Shown here: piece after piece, positions 39,401-54,349 of the stretch
Layout of the letters: every line of letters starts with the position of its first letter
How positions within the stretch are numbered: the first letter of the stretch is position 1
Source: Macrostomum hystrix
Taxonomy: Eukaryota > Animalia > Platyhelminthes
Reading direction: 5' to 3'
NCBI GenBank assembly: GCA_950097015.1
Contig: CATNEN010000038.1
Location: forward strand, 3,162,001-3,226,000
Length of the DNA stretch: 64,000 nucleotides
Notes under the pieces: generated by a model
Told to the model about the DNA's origin: nothing
Seen by the model: only the letters and a program-made list of their open reading frames with translations
Database searches by the model: none
Program-made: the position numbers and the translations under genes

Positions 39401-42400
39401 GAAGTGACCAGCGATTGATTTGAAATGATCAAATCAGATTCTAATATCAGTTAAATTTGATACGAATCCCTAATCAGTAGCGCCTTATCCCTATAAGCAT
39501 AGGAACACACTCACACAAGGGGTACATCTGCTTTGACTTTCTTAAGTTTTAGTCAACCAAAAAAATTTAAAACGAAACCCTAAATCTTAAACCTAAGTCC
39601 GAAATTGGCAAACCTAAATCTTAAATCTAAATCCTTAACCTAAAAACTAAATCCTATATCAAATCTAAAACCTAAACCTAAAGCGTAATTCTAAATCTAA
39701 AACCTAAAACCTAAAACGTAATTCTAAATCTAAAACCTAAACCTAAAACGTAATTCTAAATCTAAAACCTAAACCTAAAACGTAATTCTAAATCTAAAAC
39801 CTAAACCTAAAACGTAATTCTAAATCTAAAACCTAAAACCTAAAACGTAATTCTAAATCCAAAACCTAAAATAGAAATCTAAAATGAGACATTTTTAGGT
39901 CCGAAATCTAACAGCTAAAACTAAAGTAAAAAACCGAATCACTTACTCTTGAATCTAAACAAAGAATCTGAAATCCTCCACTGAAATTTAAAAGCCAAAA
40001 CTTAAGTCCAAATCTAAAAACGCAATCCGAACAACTACCTCGACATCTAATTGTTATTACCACATGACTAGTCAAGCAGAATAAAAAATAATCAATTAAA
40101 ATGCTGTCGGATGACTTCCCTATTAAATGAGACAGATATAACTGTCTTTCTCTGCCTTTGCCTCTGTCCCTACCTATGCCTCAAACTAAGCATACCCTAA
40201 GGAAATATATGATTCAGAGCGAATAATTGGTTTAGGGAAGAAAAACCCGAGTTAATCAATAACACGCCATTAGTAGCTGTTTACTAATGTTTACGGTACA
40301 TGAGCACTAGCAGAGCATATGGATCTAGTCACACTAAAATTCTATTCCCAACTCAGACTCCTGAGTCAACGGACAGGAAGTAACACTCTTAAGATTTGTA
40401 ATAGATAATCAGGTAGATTCGTGAAAAGGTAGATAAATGGACAGGTGGATAGATAGGTAGATAAATTGACAGCTAGATAGATAGGTAGATAGATGGACAA
40501 GTAGGTAGATGGACAGGTAGGTAGATGGACAGGTAGATAGATGGACAGGTAGGTAGATGAACAGGTAGGTAGATGGACAGGTAGATAGATGGACAGGTAG
40601 ATAGATGAACAGGTAGATAGATGAACAGGTAGATAGGTGGACAGGTAGATAGATGAACAGGTAGATAGATGAACAGGTAGATAGATATTAATATATATAG
40701 ACGCGGGTAGAGAGAGGTGAACACGGGTTTTCAGGTAAGCTTGGCCACAAAAGCCGTGAATATTTTTAGATTAGTGAAAGGAAGGAAGCGAGCCGGCAGG
40801 CTGCGCATTGGACAGAGAGTAGAAAACTGTGTTTCGCAGTAAAGTAGTAAGACACCCGAGTTGCTAGGGCGGCGGTGGCGGGATTTCATTGGTCGTGTGG
40901 GCAGACAGCATTAGGAGTCAAACTGGGTATCAAATTTCAACTGCGAGAATAGGAGAAGAAATCACCCAGATACAACACCCTAATACTCTTTCAGTATTTC
41001 ACAATGCGATGCTCCGATTCTAGCTGAGCAGCCACTATTACTCACTCACCGTCTCGACTCCTCTTCTGTCTCTTAGCCTCACTCAATGTGTCTCAGCCTC
41101 ACTCAATGTGTCTCAGCCTCACTCAATGTGTCTCAGCCTCACTCAATGTGTCTCAGCCTCACTCAATGTGTCTCAGCCTCACTCAATGTGTCTCAGCCTC
41201 ACTCAATGTGTCTCAGCCTCACTCAATGTGTCTCAGCCTCACTCAATGTGTCTCAGCCTCACTCAATGTGTCTCAGCCTCACTCAATGTGTCTCAGCCTC
41301 ACTCAATGTGTCTCAGCCTCACTCAATGTGTCTCAGCCTCACTCAATGTGTCTCAGCCTCACTCAATGTGTCTCAGCCTCACTCAATGTGTCTCAGCCTC
41401 ACTCAATGTGTCTCAGCCTCACTCAATGTGTCTCAGCCTCACTCAATTCAATGTGTCTCAGCCTCACTCAATGTGTCTCAGCCTCACTCAATGTGTCTCA
41501 GCCTCACTCAATGTGTCTCAGCCTCACTCAATGTGTCTCAGCCTCACTCAATTCAATGTGTCTCAGCCTCACTCAATTCAATGTGTCTCAGCCTCACTCA
41601 ATGTGTCTCAGCCTCACTCAATGTGTCTCAGCCTCACTCAATGTGTTTATAAAATAAATTAAGAACACACATCAAGACTACACACAATCGCAGGTGAATT
41701 ATAAACAGTGCCAGACTCACCCCAGGATGGTCCGATTCAGCAACACCCGCAGCTGCACATCTGCCAGCCTTGTCTGAGGAATTTTGACTGGCTGTGCGTC
41801 GACGACTTTCAAATCGAATTGCACCACATATCTGCAAATGGTGAAGGTAGACTTTTTATTCGAGTTCTGCAGAGAAAAGCATTGAGCAATCTGAAATATG
41901 TTTGGTAGCAAAGAAATCATAGATAGCAGTGGCGAGAAATATTGCACGAGGATCGATGAATAGTTATCTGATGACTAGGGCTTGTAGCTTAGTGGTTAGA
42001 AACCTCGGACTCACGACTTGAAGGTCGGAGGTTCGATTCCCGACATCAATGGAACAGTTTGTGTCCTTTAGCAAGACACTTAACTCTGCACTGCTTCAGT
42101 TCACCCAGCTGATTCATTGGTAGCAGCATCAGATGGGGTAATTGAGACTGGGTGTAGCATCCCAATTATTAAGAACTAAATTCTATAATTCTAAGAATCG
42201 AACCCCCGACCTTCTCGTCGTGCGTCCAACGCTCTAAGACCAGGCTTGTCTTACCTGGACGGATAAAAGTACACCTTGCCGCTGTCCTGCCTGGGCGCCG
42301 CAACAACCAGATCCGGCCGGCCGCTGGCGTCGAAATCGGCTCCGGGAGACACCGACTCGCCGAATCCGGCCGCCTCGGTGTTGGCCACTAACTGGCCGAG

Positions 42401-45400
42401 ACGTGGAGCTCCGTCGCGGCCGCCTTTGAAGACAGCGACTGCGCCGCCGCCGCCGCCGCCGGCTAGAGGAGCCCCCACGGCGAAGTCTTCGAAGCCGTCG
42501 CGATCGACGTCGCCTAACCGGGCCAGGGACCAGCCGAACCGAATCTCAAATTGTCTCGCGCTGTTGCACAATCTGACTAGCTGCTGCTGCTGCTGCTGCT
42601 GATCAGAGTTTGGCAGCCTAGTCTGAGCTTCAGCGCCGTCTAGAACATCTTCACAGGAGGGAAAGCTGAGCCGGTAGGTAGCGTTGGCATTGTCGGCGAT
42701 AAACTGACAAATTGGAGATAGTAGACAGTTCTTCAGGGAGTGCGATCAATCAATCACAATTTGAATGAGTGACTGTTAACCTGTGTGAGCCCTGTGAATG
42801 AGTGACTGTTAACCTGTGTGAGCCCTGTTAATGAGTGACTGTTAACCTGTGTGAGCCCTGTGAATGAGTGACTGTTAACCTGTGCGAGCCCTGTGAATGA
42901 GTGACTGTTAACCTGTGTGAGCCCTGTTAATGAGTGACTGTTAACCTGTGTGAGCCCTGTGAATGAGTGACTGTTAACCTGTGTGAGCCCTGTGAATGAG
43001 TGACTGTTAACCTGTGTGAGCCCTGTGAATGAGTGACTGTTAACCTGTGTGAGCTCTGTGAATGAGTGACTGTTAACCTGTGTGAGCCCTGTGAATGAGT
43101 GACTGTTAACCTGTGCGAGCCCTGTAAATGGTGTGAACTCAAAGGTTTTTGAAGACAAAAACATGAATCAATGTTTGTTCGACAGAGCTCAGTCTGAGCC
43201 TTTGACCGTCAGTTCAGCAACTCTTATCTCTCTTCTCTCCCCAGTTACAACGGCGCAGTTAAACTACTTCAAAGTTAACATGTTAGCTAGTTCTCGCTAA
43301 CTAACACTAATATTATTACAAGTTGAGCCATGAAAATTTCTTCTCCTAGTAGCAAATCAGCTACCCTGCCTATTTCCGTACAGCTGCGCAGTTAAAATAT
43401 GAGCTTCCACTTCCACATGGTGGCCCAGTGACTTTAGATTTTACCAGCGCAACACGGGAAGCTGCATTCAGTGAATGCTTTAATTGAAATAACATCGTTT
43501 AGACACTTCTGATTGCAATTTGGAAACAGAAATTCGATCAGACATTTACTAAGCCAGACAATCGCAGTCACTTGTTCACACAGTCGCATGTGTTCACAGT
43601 CTCATGTGTTCACAGTCTCATGTGTTCACAGTCTCATGTGTTCACACAGTCTCATGTGTTCACAGTCTCATGTGTTCACAGTCTCATGTGTTCACAGTCT
43701 CATGTGTTCACACAGTCTCATGAGTTCACAGTCTCATGTGTTCACACAGTCTCATGTGTTCACAGTCTCATGTGTTCACACAGTCTCATGTGTTCACACA
43801 GTCTCATGTGTTCACACAGTCTCATGTGTTCACACAGTCTCATGTGTTCACAGTCTCATGTGTTCACAGTCTCATGTGTTCACACTCTCATGTGTTCACA
43901 CAGTCTCATGTGTTCACAGTCTCATGTGTTCACACAGTCTCATGTGTTCACAGTCTCATGTGTTCACAGTCTCATGTGTTCACAGTCTCATGTGTTCACA
44001 CAGTCTCATGTGTTCACACAGTCTCATGTGTTCACAGTCTCATGTGTTCACACAGTCTTATGTGTTCACAGTCTCATGTGTTCACACAGTCTCATGTGTT
44101 CACACAGTCTCATGTGTTCACACAGTCTCATGTGTTCACAGTCTCATGAGTTCACAGTCTCATGTGTTCACAGTCTCATGTGTTCACAGTCTCATGTGTT
44201 CACACAGTCTCATGTGTTCACACAGTCTCATGTGTTCACAGTCTCATGTGTTCACAGTCTCATGTGTTCACAGTCTCATGTGTTCACACAGTCTCATGTG
44301 TTCACACAGTCTCATGTGTTCACAGTCTCATGTGTTCACAGTCTCATGTGTTCACAGTCTCATGTGTTCACACAGTCTCATGTGTTCACAGTCTCATGTG
44401 TTCACAGTCTCATGTGTTCACACAGCCAGTCAGGCGCACAGTGCAGCAGACTCACCCGGCCGTGGCCGCCGTTCATGTACACATAGATAGCTCCTAAAGT
44501 CCAGAAGGCGCCGCTGTCACGCTTAGCCGACAAGTCGGCAGGCGCCGACACGACTAAGTCGTCCCAGCCGTCGGCATTCAGATCCACCAGCAGGAGGGCG
44601 TGCCCGAATCTGCCACCGAAGCTGCCGGGTCCGCGGAGGGTGGAGCGCAGGACTGAGTCCGGGAAGCAGTTGATAGTGTCGAACCGATCTCCGGAGCCCT
44701 CGCGCCGGCACTGCTCGGCAGCGGAGCCGGCGACCCTGTAGAGTCTTACAACCCCGCTGAATTGTCTCGCGTTTTCACTAGCCTCAGCCTCAAAGCTGGC
44801 CTGATAATCGGCCATAAAGTCGCGATCAAAGGACACCGACTGGATCATAGGCTCCGGCGGGCAGGGCGCACCTTCGGCTAGATCAAAGGTGCCATCGCTG
44901 GCGCCGCCAGTGCCGAACAGGCGATCGCTGGTGGCGATGGCAAAGCCGGCGCACGAGTAGCTGCGCACCTTGTAGTGCAACAGGCGCCTATAGAAACTGT
45001 CCAGCTGGGCACCAGCTACTGTAGTCTCGTGAGACTTGCGCTGCAGATCGGCATAGCTGGAATCAAAGCCGCCAGTGTACGAGTGGCCCCAGAAGGTCAC
45101 GGGAGGCCGGCGGACCTCGCTGTTTGAAGTCTGAATGGCAGGTTTCCATTTTTATTTAACCAACCCGAAAGGAAAACAACTTATAACTTAGACAGGTTGT
45201 TTTATTGCGAGAACACTTAGTTCCATAGACATCTCAGGCCTGGAACTAGATTATTGAAACTAAAAATTAGTTCAAGCACAAGGAAGCCTGTAGAATAGTA
45301 AGGTCGGGAGTTCGAGTCTCAGTCATTGAGAGACAATGAGCAATGGCCCATCATTTGGTGACACTAGACCCGCAGCCGGCGAGGAGGCAATTCTGCCCAT

Positions 45401-47858
45401 TGCGCTGACTCCTGAGCACACACGCACACAGATACTGTACGCAGGCATACGCTCACACAGGTGTGTACATCTGCCCTGACTTTCTCATCGTCAGGCAGTT
45501 TACATTCTCACTGTGCCTTGGAGGTTGGCCCTTAAGACCGTAAACTGCACTACAAGCCACCAAGCCTTCCCTCCGCGGTTGCGCCCCAAATGACGGTGGC
45601 CTCGCCGAGGAATCGAACTCAGGGACCTTGGTGCGAGAGGCAAACGCGATAACCTCTCTGCCTAGTGCTTTAGCTCACCCTACAGTAAAACGCTAGAAAT
45701 GTAAGTGGATGCGGCAGTCTCCCCAGTCCATGGACTGAACAGCTGTGCGCAGCCTGTGCCACTGACTCTACTGGGCTAGGTTTATTCTCTAGCGGCCTAG
45801 AACCCAGTGCTAAGTTCCAGACCCAAAGCCGAGCGCCTCACCGATGATACCGTGCTGCTGAGCCGAGACTCGTTGAAAGCCGACATGAAGGCGGTGCCGC
45901 CGAAACCCAGCAGCAGGTAGGGAAAGCCGAAGGCGTAGGCGCTGCCGCTGGCATCTGGCAGGGAGGCAACGCTGGAGCCGAACAGCATGTTAGGCATTGG
46001 TGTCAGGTGATTTCGAATGAGTTTCGGCATGAAGGTGACGGCGCCCTGGCTCAGGCTGCCAGCGCTCGGGTGGTCCGGTCGGAGCAGGAAGCACAGGCCG
46101 ATGCCGTCAATACCTTGGGAGCTGGTCAGGCGGGCGCGGGGATCGCAGACTGCCACGTTGTCGCTCTCACCGCTGCCGCTTCCTGAAATGCGAAAATTGT
46201 TCGCGATGATCGTTTAAGTGACATGAGGAATGATAGAGTACCCTGCTCACTCAGTCATTGACTAGTCTATTAGGTCCTCTGTACTTCAACAGACTACAGG
46301 CCAATCTTGTAGTTAAGGGGTTAGGGGGCACACGCTCACACAGGTGTGTACATCTGCCCTAACTTTCTCATCGTCAGGCAGTGTACACTTTCACTGTGCC
46401 TTGGGAGGTTGTCTCTAAAGGGCGTAAATTTCACGACAAGCCCCCAAGCCTTCTGTTTGCGCCCCAAATGAATGTGGCCTCGCCGCCGCGGAATCGAGCT
46501 CAGGGACCTTCGTAAGAGAGGCAAACGCATTAACCACTCTGCCACCGACCCTCATAGTAAGCAATTATCACAGTATGCGATTCTTTACCCATCTTTCCAC
46601 TGCCTCCGCCTCTGCTATAGAAGCTGGAGGCAATGGAGAAGCCCAAGTTGCTGATGCTCCAGTCGCCCAAGTCCAGATTGACAATCTGGTTGATGCCGCA
46701 GCTGAGGCCATCCAGGTTGCACTCAAAGAGGCCACCAAGCCATGCGCCACCCTTTATGGGCATATTATTGCTAGATCGAGGCGCTCCAACATAGAGCCTT
46801 AATTTTAGGTTTGATGGTTTGCTTTAGTTTTCATTCATTTACAGTAAATAACAGACATCTAAATATACCTATCTCAGTTGATTATTTAAAAAATAGTGGC
46901 ATAGTTTCATTTACTATTTCTGTTCAGTCTCATGATACCCACTGGAGTCAAACTGCAATCATTAACTGTCAACCATCAATCATTACAACTCATTAGAGAT
47001 TGAGTGCATTATTGAACCTATAGCTAATAGCATATAGCTAAAAATGCTTATTTACCTACTTGCTTTTGAAGTTAAATAGCTAATTAGCTAGCTAAATAAT
47101 TTACATTTCACCTTTGCTAGCTATCTAAAAAGTTTCTTAAAAAGCATAGCAATAATATTCTTGCCTTTAAAGAAGCTCAATGAAAATTTGTTTACTACTA
47201 AAAAATTAAATAACACTTGGATAATAAAAATTGGGATTTACTCAATGCCTTGGCTTAAATATCTAGTTTGACCAGACACTAAGGAAAAATATACACTACC
47301 ATATCAGATATTCATTATAAATAATTCTGTGTATGTTTGAAGTTGCTAAATTAGAAGGCAAAATTATATGGCAACAGTTTTATATTGTATTTATATAATA
47401 TCAGACAAAAAATTTTTTTGTATATAAATACAAGTAATATAACTGACTCATTTACATTTTTTATAGTAACTACAGTGGAATTAGAAAATAACATGCTTGA
47501 CTTTAATAAAGAATATTAATTTGCTATACAAAGGCCTATAAAACTAGGCCTAATGGTACAAATATTTGATTTTTATGCCTAAAAAGGCAAGTTTTGCATT
47601 TTGGAATTAATATTTAATAATATTTTTGTACAGGAACTGCTAGATTGGCAATGTTATACGAAGGAAAAAGAAAAAAATATGTACTCACGAAACAATACCA
47701 TTCTTTCTAAATGGTGTCATTGAAAACCCAAAACTCTCATTAGCATTCGAGCTGAGAACAAAGTAATATTCATTGAAAAAGTTCACGTTTATGCCCACAG
47801 CTTTTGTGCTCGAACTTATGGGCAAGCAAAAGAGCAAAGTTAAGAAAGGTAAATACAT
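16824..47858 (-). CDS. Integrin alpha subunit (no I-domain), 15 exons, ~1289 aa
   Basis: Exons: 47689-47858, 46589-46797, 45842-46182, 44456-45130, 42255-42703, 41721-41831, 39207-39396, 37608-37781, 31386-31462, 30473-30671, 26505-26632, 25999-26143, 25264-25836, 24374-24484, 16824-17141. All GT-AG, every phase consistent (3870 nt total). Signal peptide; FG-GAP repeats with Ca loops ([27 protein letters not shown]); genu [12 protein letters not shown]; calf-1 GEPAY; RQHR furin-like site; TM helix followed by PFFKR. Confidence 0.9.
17345..17555. repeat. 12-bp minisatellite
   Basis: gctcattatggg / gctcattatgga units. Confidence 0.95.
18373..19120. repeat. (GACA)n-derived compound repeat
   Basis: GACA runs punctuated by cacccagaa. 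Confidence 0.95.
19570..19895. repeat. 16-bp minisatellite
   Basis: gacaggtagatggata units. Confidence 0.9.
20570..21592. repeat. ~38-bp minisatellite
   Basis: gggggtcatctgaccaccaggagatataactctaagta units. Confidence 0.95.
21738..21815. repeat. 23-bp repeat, ~3 copies
   Basis: ataagacagagagaggacaggtc units. Confidence 0.8.
22148..23934 (-). mobile_element. Mariner (Tc1/mariner DD34D) transposon with ~205-bp TIRs, in integrin intron 14
   Basis: TA duplication at 22146-22147 and 23935-23936. Termini CGAGGGCTGTCCCAAAAGT.../...ACTTTTGGGACAGCCCTCG. Near-perfect inverted repeats at 22148-22351 and 23726-23934. Confidence 0.95.
22299..23504 (-). pseudogene. Mariner transposase interrupted by one in-frame TGA
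   Basis: HTH N-terminus, [30 protein letters not shown] (34 residues between the 2nd and 3rd Asp), GDYVEK. The two track ORFs share one frame and are separated by TGA at 22926-22928. Confidence 0.9.
24561..24895 (+). mobile_element. tRNA-derived SINE family 1, copy 1
   Basis: B-box GAGTTCGATTCC, body shared with three other copies, (ATT)n tail. The A-box appears deleted. Confidence 0.8.
26267..26421. repeat. 33-bp minisatellite (integrin intron 11)
   Basis: attaaccatagacaattagtagcctgataaact units. Confidence 0.85.
26731..27720. repeat. 22-bp minisatellite
   Basis: gacactcccagatcccatcata units. Confidence 0.95.
28541..29195. repeat. 32-bp purine-rich minisatellite
   Basis: agaaagagtgggcagtgtggaggagagggggt units. 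Confidence 0.95.
30174..30430. repeat. (GACAG)n pentamer microsatellite
   Basis: gacag/gatag runs. Confidence 0.95.
30735..31075 (-). mobile_element. tRNA-derived SINE family 1, copy 2
   Basis: Minus-strand A-box TGGCAGAGCGG, B-box GAGTTCGATTC, same body, (TTA)n tail. Confidence 0.8.
32101..32690. repeat. 35/36-bp minisatellite
   Basis: gagacaggcagaagtggtgtctgaggacacccagt units. Confidence 0.95.
33195..33410. repeat. 21-bp minisatellite
   Basis: gatttgggatgggagatgttg units, with a degenerate extension to ~33590. Confidence 0.9.
34420..34730. repeat. ~23-bp minisatellite
   Basis: gacttccgtctgtctcactgtct units. Confidence 0.9.
35326..35479. repeat. 34-bp repeat, ~4.5 copies
   Basis: aaacaatgggactgcctcactgaagcaccattgg units. 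Confidence 0.9.
35480..36458. repeat. 32-bp minisatellite
   Basis: actgggtcattgaaggatcaggggaggtaatt units. Confidence 0.95.
36880..37531. repeat. 20-bp minisatellite
   Basis: gaaactgatgggataatttt units. Confidence 0.95.
37855..39160. repeat. 27-bp minisatellite filling integrin intron 7
   Basis: tctaagatcccaatcccaacggtgact units. Confidence 0.95.
39660..39870. repeat. ~32-bp AT-rich minisatellite
   Basis: taaaacgtaattctaaatctaaaacctaaacc units. Confidence 0.85.
40425..40685. repeat. GATA/GACAG-derived minisatellite related to 19570-19895
   Basis: gacaggtagatagatg units. Confidence 0.85.
41075..41646. repeat. 20-bp near-perfect minisatellite
   Basis: actcaatgtgtctcagcctc units. Confidence 0.97.
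41978..42170 (+). mobile_element. CORE-type tRNA-derived SINE (family 2)
   Basis: A-box TAGCTTAGTGG and B-box GGTTCGATTCC, then TGTGTCCTTTAGCAAGACACTTAACTCTG, which resembles the CORE-SINE central domain. Ends in AATTATT. Confidence 0.65.
42195..42236 (-). mobile_element. Inverted fragment of a family-2-like SINE tRNA head
   Basis: Minus strand reads TTAGAGCGTTGGACGCACGACGAGAAGGTCGGGGGTTCGATTC, similar to 41996-42039. Confidence 0.55.
42760..43128. repeat. 33-bp minisatellite
   Basis: gtgaatgagtgactgttaacctgtgtgagccct units. Confidence 0.95.
43573..44425. repeat. 16/18-bp minisatellite
   Basis: cacagtctcatgtgtt(ca) units. Confidence 0.97.
45341..45662 (-). mobile_element. tRNA-derived SINE family 1, copy 3 (tail missing)
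   Basis: Reverse complement matches the body of 24561-24870; B-box GAGTTCGATTCC. Confidence 0.8.
46330..46551 (-). mobile_element. tRNA-derived SINE family 1, copy 4 (3'-truncated)
   Basis: A-box TGGCAGAGTGG, degenerate B-box GAGCTCGATTCC, same body. Confidence 0.8.
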
Positions 47859-49353
47859 TTTGCAGGAATCAATTCTTTCGAGCAATGTCAAATGGCCTTT
47901 TTTTACGAGATCAAGATCATGTGAAAAATGGATGCAAATTTGTATCTCTTATGTTATATACTTATATGTAGACCACTCAGACGACTCGATTATTAAAAGT
48001 TTTTCTTTTGAAAGAACTCATGTCAAAAAAATCGCGAAGTAATGCTACTTGTATTATACTTTTGTGGACAGTAGCACAAAACTCGCGCAAGCCATATTAC
48101 ACAAAGCAAGTAAGCAAGCGATGAGTGTGCACGATGATTCACCACGTGAAGTTTTCACAGAAAGAAAGAAATTAAATTACATTTGAAAGCGTTCAAGACG
48201 CAATTCGAAGCCGGAAAGTCTTACTCTTACTCCTTTGTTCCTGAAACGCAGCGAAATATGCCTGCTAGGTATTAGCTTTTGAAAAAATAATATATAAATT
48301 CACATTAAAAGCAGTTTATATCTAATTATGTAAACATTATTGAGCTGTTATTTATTGAACAAAACTGATTGCTAATTGCAATGTAGCAGGCTTACTAGAG
48401 TGTCATCAGGGCAGGCATCGAATAATTTATTTTGGTAAATAAAATTATATTGATCGAATACTCGTATTTCGTAAATCAATTAATACTCGCGGACAAATTG
48501 ATGCTCTCTATATTTAGTCGAGCAGTCCACGAAAAGTTTAGCTGTGACGACCAGCAAACAAGTTAAGTTAAAAAATCAAGTCATACGTCTATTTTACAAA
48601 TAATAATATATTTCTTGCCTCCTGGAGAAAGACGATCAATCAAACGTATATGTGTATACCACGAAAGCTTATTTATAACTACATGTCTAAAATTTTAAGC
48701 ATGAATAAAGCACAAAATCACTTTAGCGAAATATATCAACTGATCGAAATAATAAGAGGCTGAAACTGATAGGCGATATAGCTTACTGACTTAGAATTAT
48801 TACGAGGTCGGCATTATTAAAATAAAAAAATTACAAAACAATTGAAAAGTTTTGTGAGCGTCCATGCGGTGACCATAAATCATTAAAATAGCGTTGCTAG
48901 CAGCTGCTAGATCAGCCGTTTAGAAAGTTTTGAACAGGTGCTTAACAGAAATTCAGATAAGTGTAAATTCATTACATTTAGTTTTAATGGAGAGCAAAAC
49001 GCTGGGCTAGCCAACTGTAAAGTACATGATGCATTTATCACGTCTTTTTAGATAATTTAGAGTTACAGTCAAGACAATCAAAGACCACTAGCAAAGTTCT
49101 AGTAAGTTCTAGCTAGCAAAGTTCTAGTAAAGGCGAAAAATTTGACGAACTACCTACGAGCGTACAAAGAGAAGTACACAAAAAAATTGGCACTCAGAGG
49201 ACGGCACTGATATTTACTAATCCTTATACCATGCAGACCTCACAGAGCAAAAAACTTCAAAACGATTAATTTTAATGTATATATTTAAATTTAATGCATA
49301 ATTAAAAGCAAGTCGGACTGACAGCTCTCAGAAAAATGCAGTTTAGTGAAGCC

Positions 49354-51834
<2,481 letters not shown>

Positions 51835-51979
51835 TAGCTACGAGCTACCTAGAATTGCGACCGTAATTCTAGCTAATTAGTAAATTACTAGCAAGTTTTG
51901 CCCCCCTTCGGGGAGCAGAAATACTTTTAATTCGTCTAGTATATACTTTTTAGCAGCTGAATTTACAGCTTTTCAAAGC

Positions 51980-54260
51980 TACAATGAACCCCCAGTTGAC
52001 AATGATCCCCCAGTTGACAATGATCCCCCCGTTGATGATGATCTCCCAGTTGATGATGATACCCCAGTTGACAATGATCCCCAGTTGACAATGATCCCCC
52101 AGTTGATGATGATCCCCCAGTTGACAATGATCCCCCAGTTGACAATGAACCCCCAGTTGACAATGATCCCCCAGTTCACAATGATCCCCTTGTTGACAAT
52201 GATCCCCCAGTTGACAATGATCCCACAGTTGACAATGATCCCCCAGTTGATGATGATCCCCCAGTTGACAATGATCCCCCAGTTGACAATGATCCCCCAG
52301 TTGACAATGATCCCCCCGTTGATGATGATCTCCCAGTTGATGATGATACCCCAGTTGACAATGATCCCCCAGTTGACAATGATCCCCCAGTTGACAATGA
52401 TCCCCCAGTTGATGATGATCCCCCGTTGATGATGATCTCCCAGTTGACAATGATCCCGCCCGTTGACAATGATCCCACAGTTGACAATGAACCCCCAGTT
52501 GACAATGATCCCCCAGTTCATGATGACCCTCAGTTGACAATGATCCCCCAGTTGACAATGATCCCCCAGTTCACAATGATCCCCCAGTTGATGATGATCC
52601 CCCAGTTGATGATGATCCCCCAGTTGATGATGATCCCCCAGTTGATGATGATCACCCAGTTGACAATGATCCCCCAGTTGACAATGATCCCCCCGTTGAT
52701 GATGATCTCCCAGTTGATGATGATACCCCAGTTGACAATGATCCCCCAGTTCATGATGACCCTCAGTTGACAATGATCCCCCAGTTGACAATGATCCCAC
52801 AGTTGACAATGATCCCCCAGTTGACAAAGATCCCCCAGTTCACAATGATCCACCAGTTAACAAAGATCCCCCAGTTCACAATGATCCCCTAGTTGATGAA
52901 GTCTCCCCATTGATGATGATCCGCAGTTAACAATGTTCCTCCAGTTGACAATGTTCACCCAGTTGACAATGATCCCCCAGTTGATGATGATCACCCAGTT
53001 GACAATGATCCCCCAGTTGACAATGATTCCCCAGTTGACAATGATCCCCCAGTTGACAATGATCCCGCCGGTTGACAATGATCCCACAGTTGACAATGAA
53101 CCCCCAGTTGACAATGATCCCCCAGTTGATGATGATCCCCCAGTTGACAATGATCCCCCAGTTGATGATGATGCCCCAGTTGACAATGAACCCCCAGTTG
53201 ACAAAGATCACCCAGTTGATGATGATCCCCCAGTTGATGATGATCACCCAGTTGACAATGATCCCCCAGTTGACAATGATCCCCCCGTTGATGATGATCT
53301 CCCAGTTGATGATGATACCCCAGTTGACAATGATCCCCCAGTTGACAATGATCCCCCAGTTGACAATGATCCCCCAGTTGATGATGATCCCCCAGTTGAC
53401 AATGATCCCCCAGTTGATGATGATGCCCCAGTTGACAATGAACCCCCAGTTGACAAAGATCACCAAGTTGATGATGATCCCCCAGTTGATGATGATCACC
53501 CAGTTGACAATGATCCCCCAGTTGACAATGATCCCCCCGTTGATGATGATCTCCCAGTTGATGATGATACCCCAGTTGACAATGATCCCCCAGTTGACAA
53601 TGATCCCCAGTTGACAATGATCCCCCAGTTGATGATGATCCCCCGTTGATGATGATCTCCCAGTTGAAAATGATCCGCCAGTTGACAATGATCCCCCAGT
53701 TGACAATGAACCCCCAGTTGACAACGATCCCCCAGTTGACAATGATCTCCCATTTGACAATGATCCCCCAGTTCACAATGATCCCCTAGTTGATGAAGTC
53801 TCCCCATTGATGATGATCCCCAGTTAACAATGTTCCTCCAGTTGACAATGTTCCCCCAGTTGACAATGATCCCCCAGTTGATGATGATCACCCAGTTGAC
53901 AATGATCCCCCAGTTGACAATGATCCCCCAGTTGACAATGATCCCCCAGTTGACAATGATCCCGCCGGTTGACAATGATCCCACAGTTGACAATGAACCC
54001 CCAGTTGACAATGATCCCCCAGTTGATGATGATCCCCCAGTTGACAATGATCCCCCAGTTGATGATGATGCCCCAGTTGACAATGAACCCCCAGTTGACA
54101 AAGATCACCCAGTTGATGATGATCCCCCAGTTGATGATGATCACCCAGTTGACAATGATCCCCAAGTTGACCATGATCCCCCATTTGATGATGATTCCCC
54201 AGTTGACAATTATACCCCAGTTTACCATGATCCCCATTTTGATGATGACTCCTCAGTTGA
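51980..54260. repeat. 18-bp satellite inside Helitron A copy 1
   Basis: cccccagttgacaatgat units. Confidence 0.95.
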
Positions 54261-54349
54261 CGTTGATTTTTCAAACGCTGGGTAAGCCAAGATTCAAACT
54301 CAGATTTCGCCATGTTTTAAACCCTGGTGGGCTATGATTCAAACTCTCG

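Noticed and set aside
41978-42050. Possible tRNA-Val gene
   Set aside because: The acceptor stem does not pair and the sequence continues into a SINE body.
47859-49353. Operon-like linkage of p38 and integrin (same strand, 1.5 kb apart)
   Set aside because: No clear acceptor directly before the integrin ATG, and the AT-rich spacer is long enough for its own promoter. Cannot be supported without SL-tag data.
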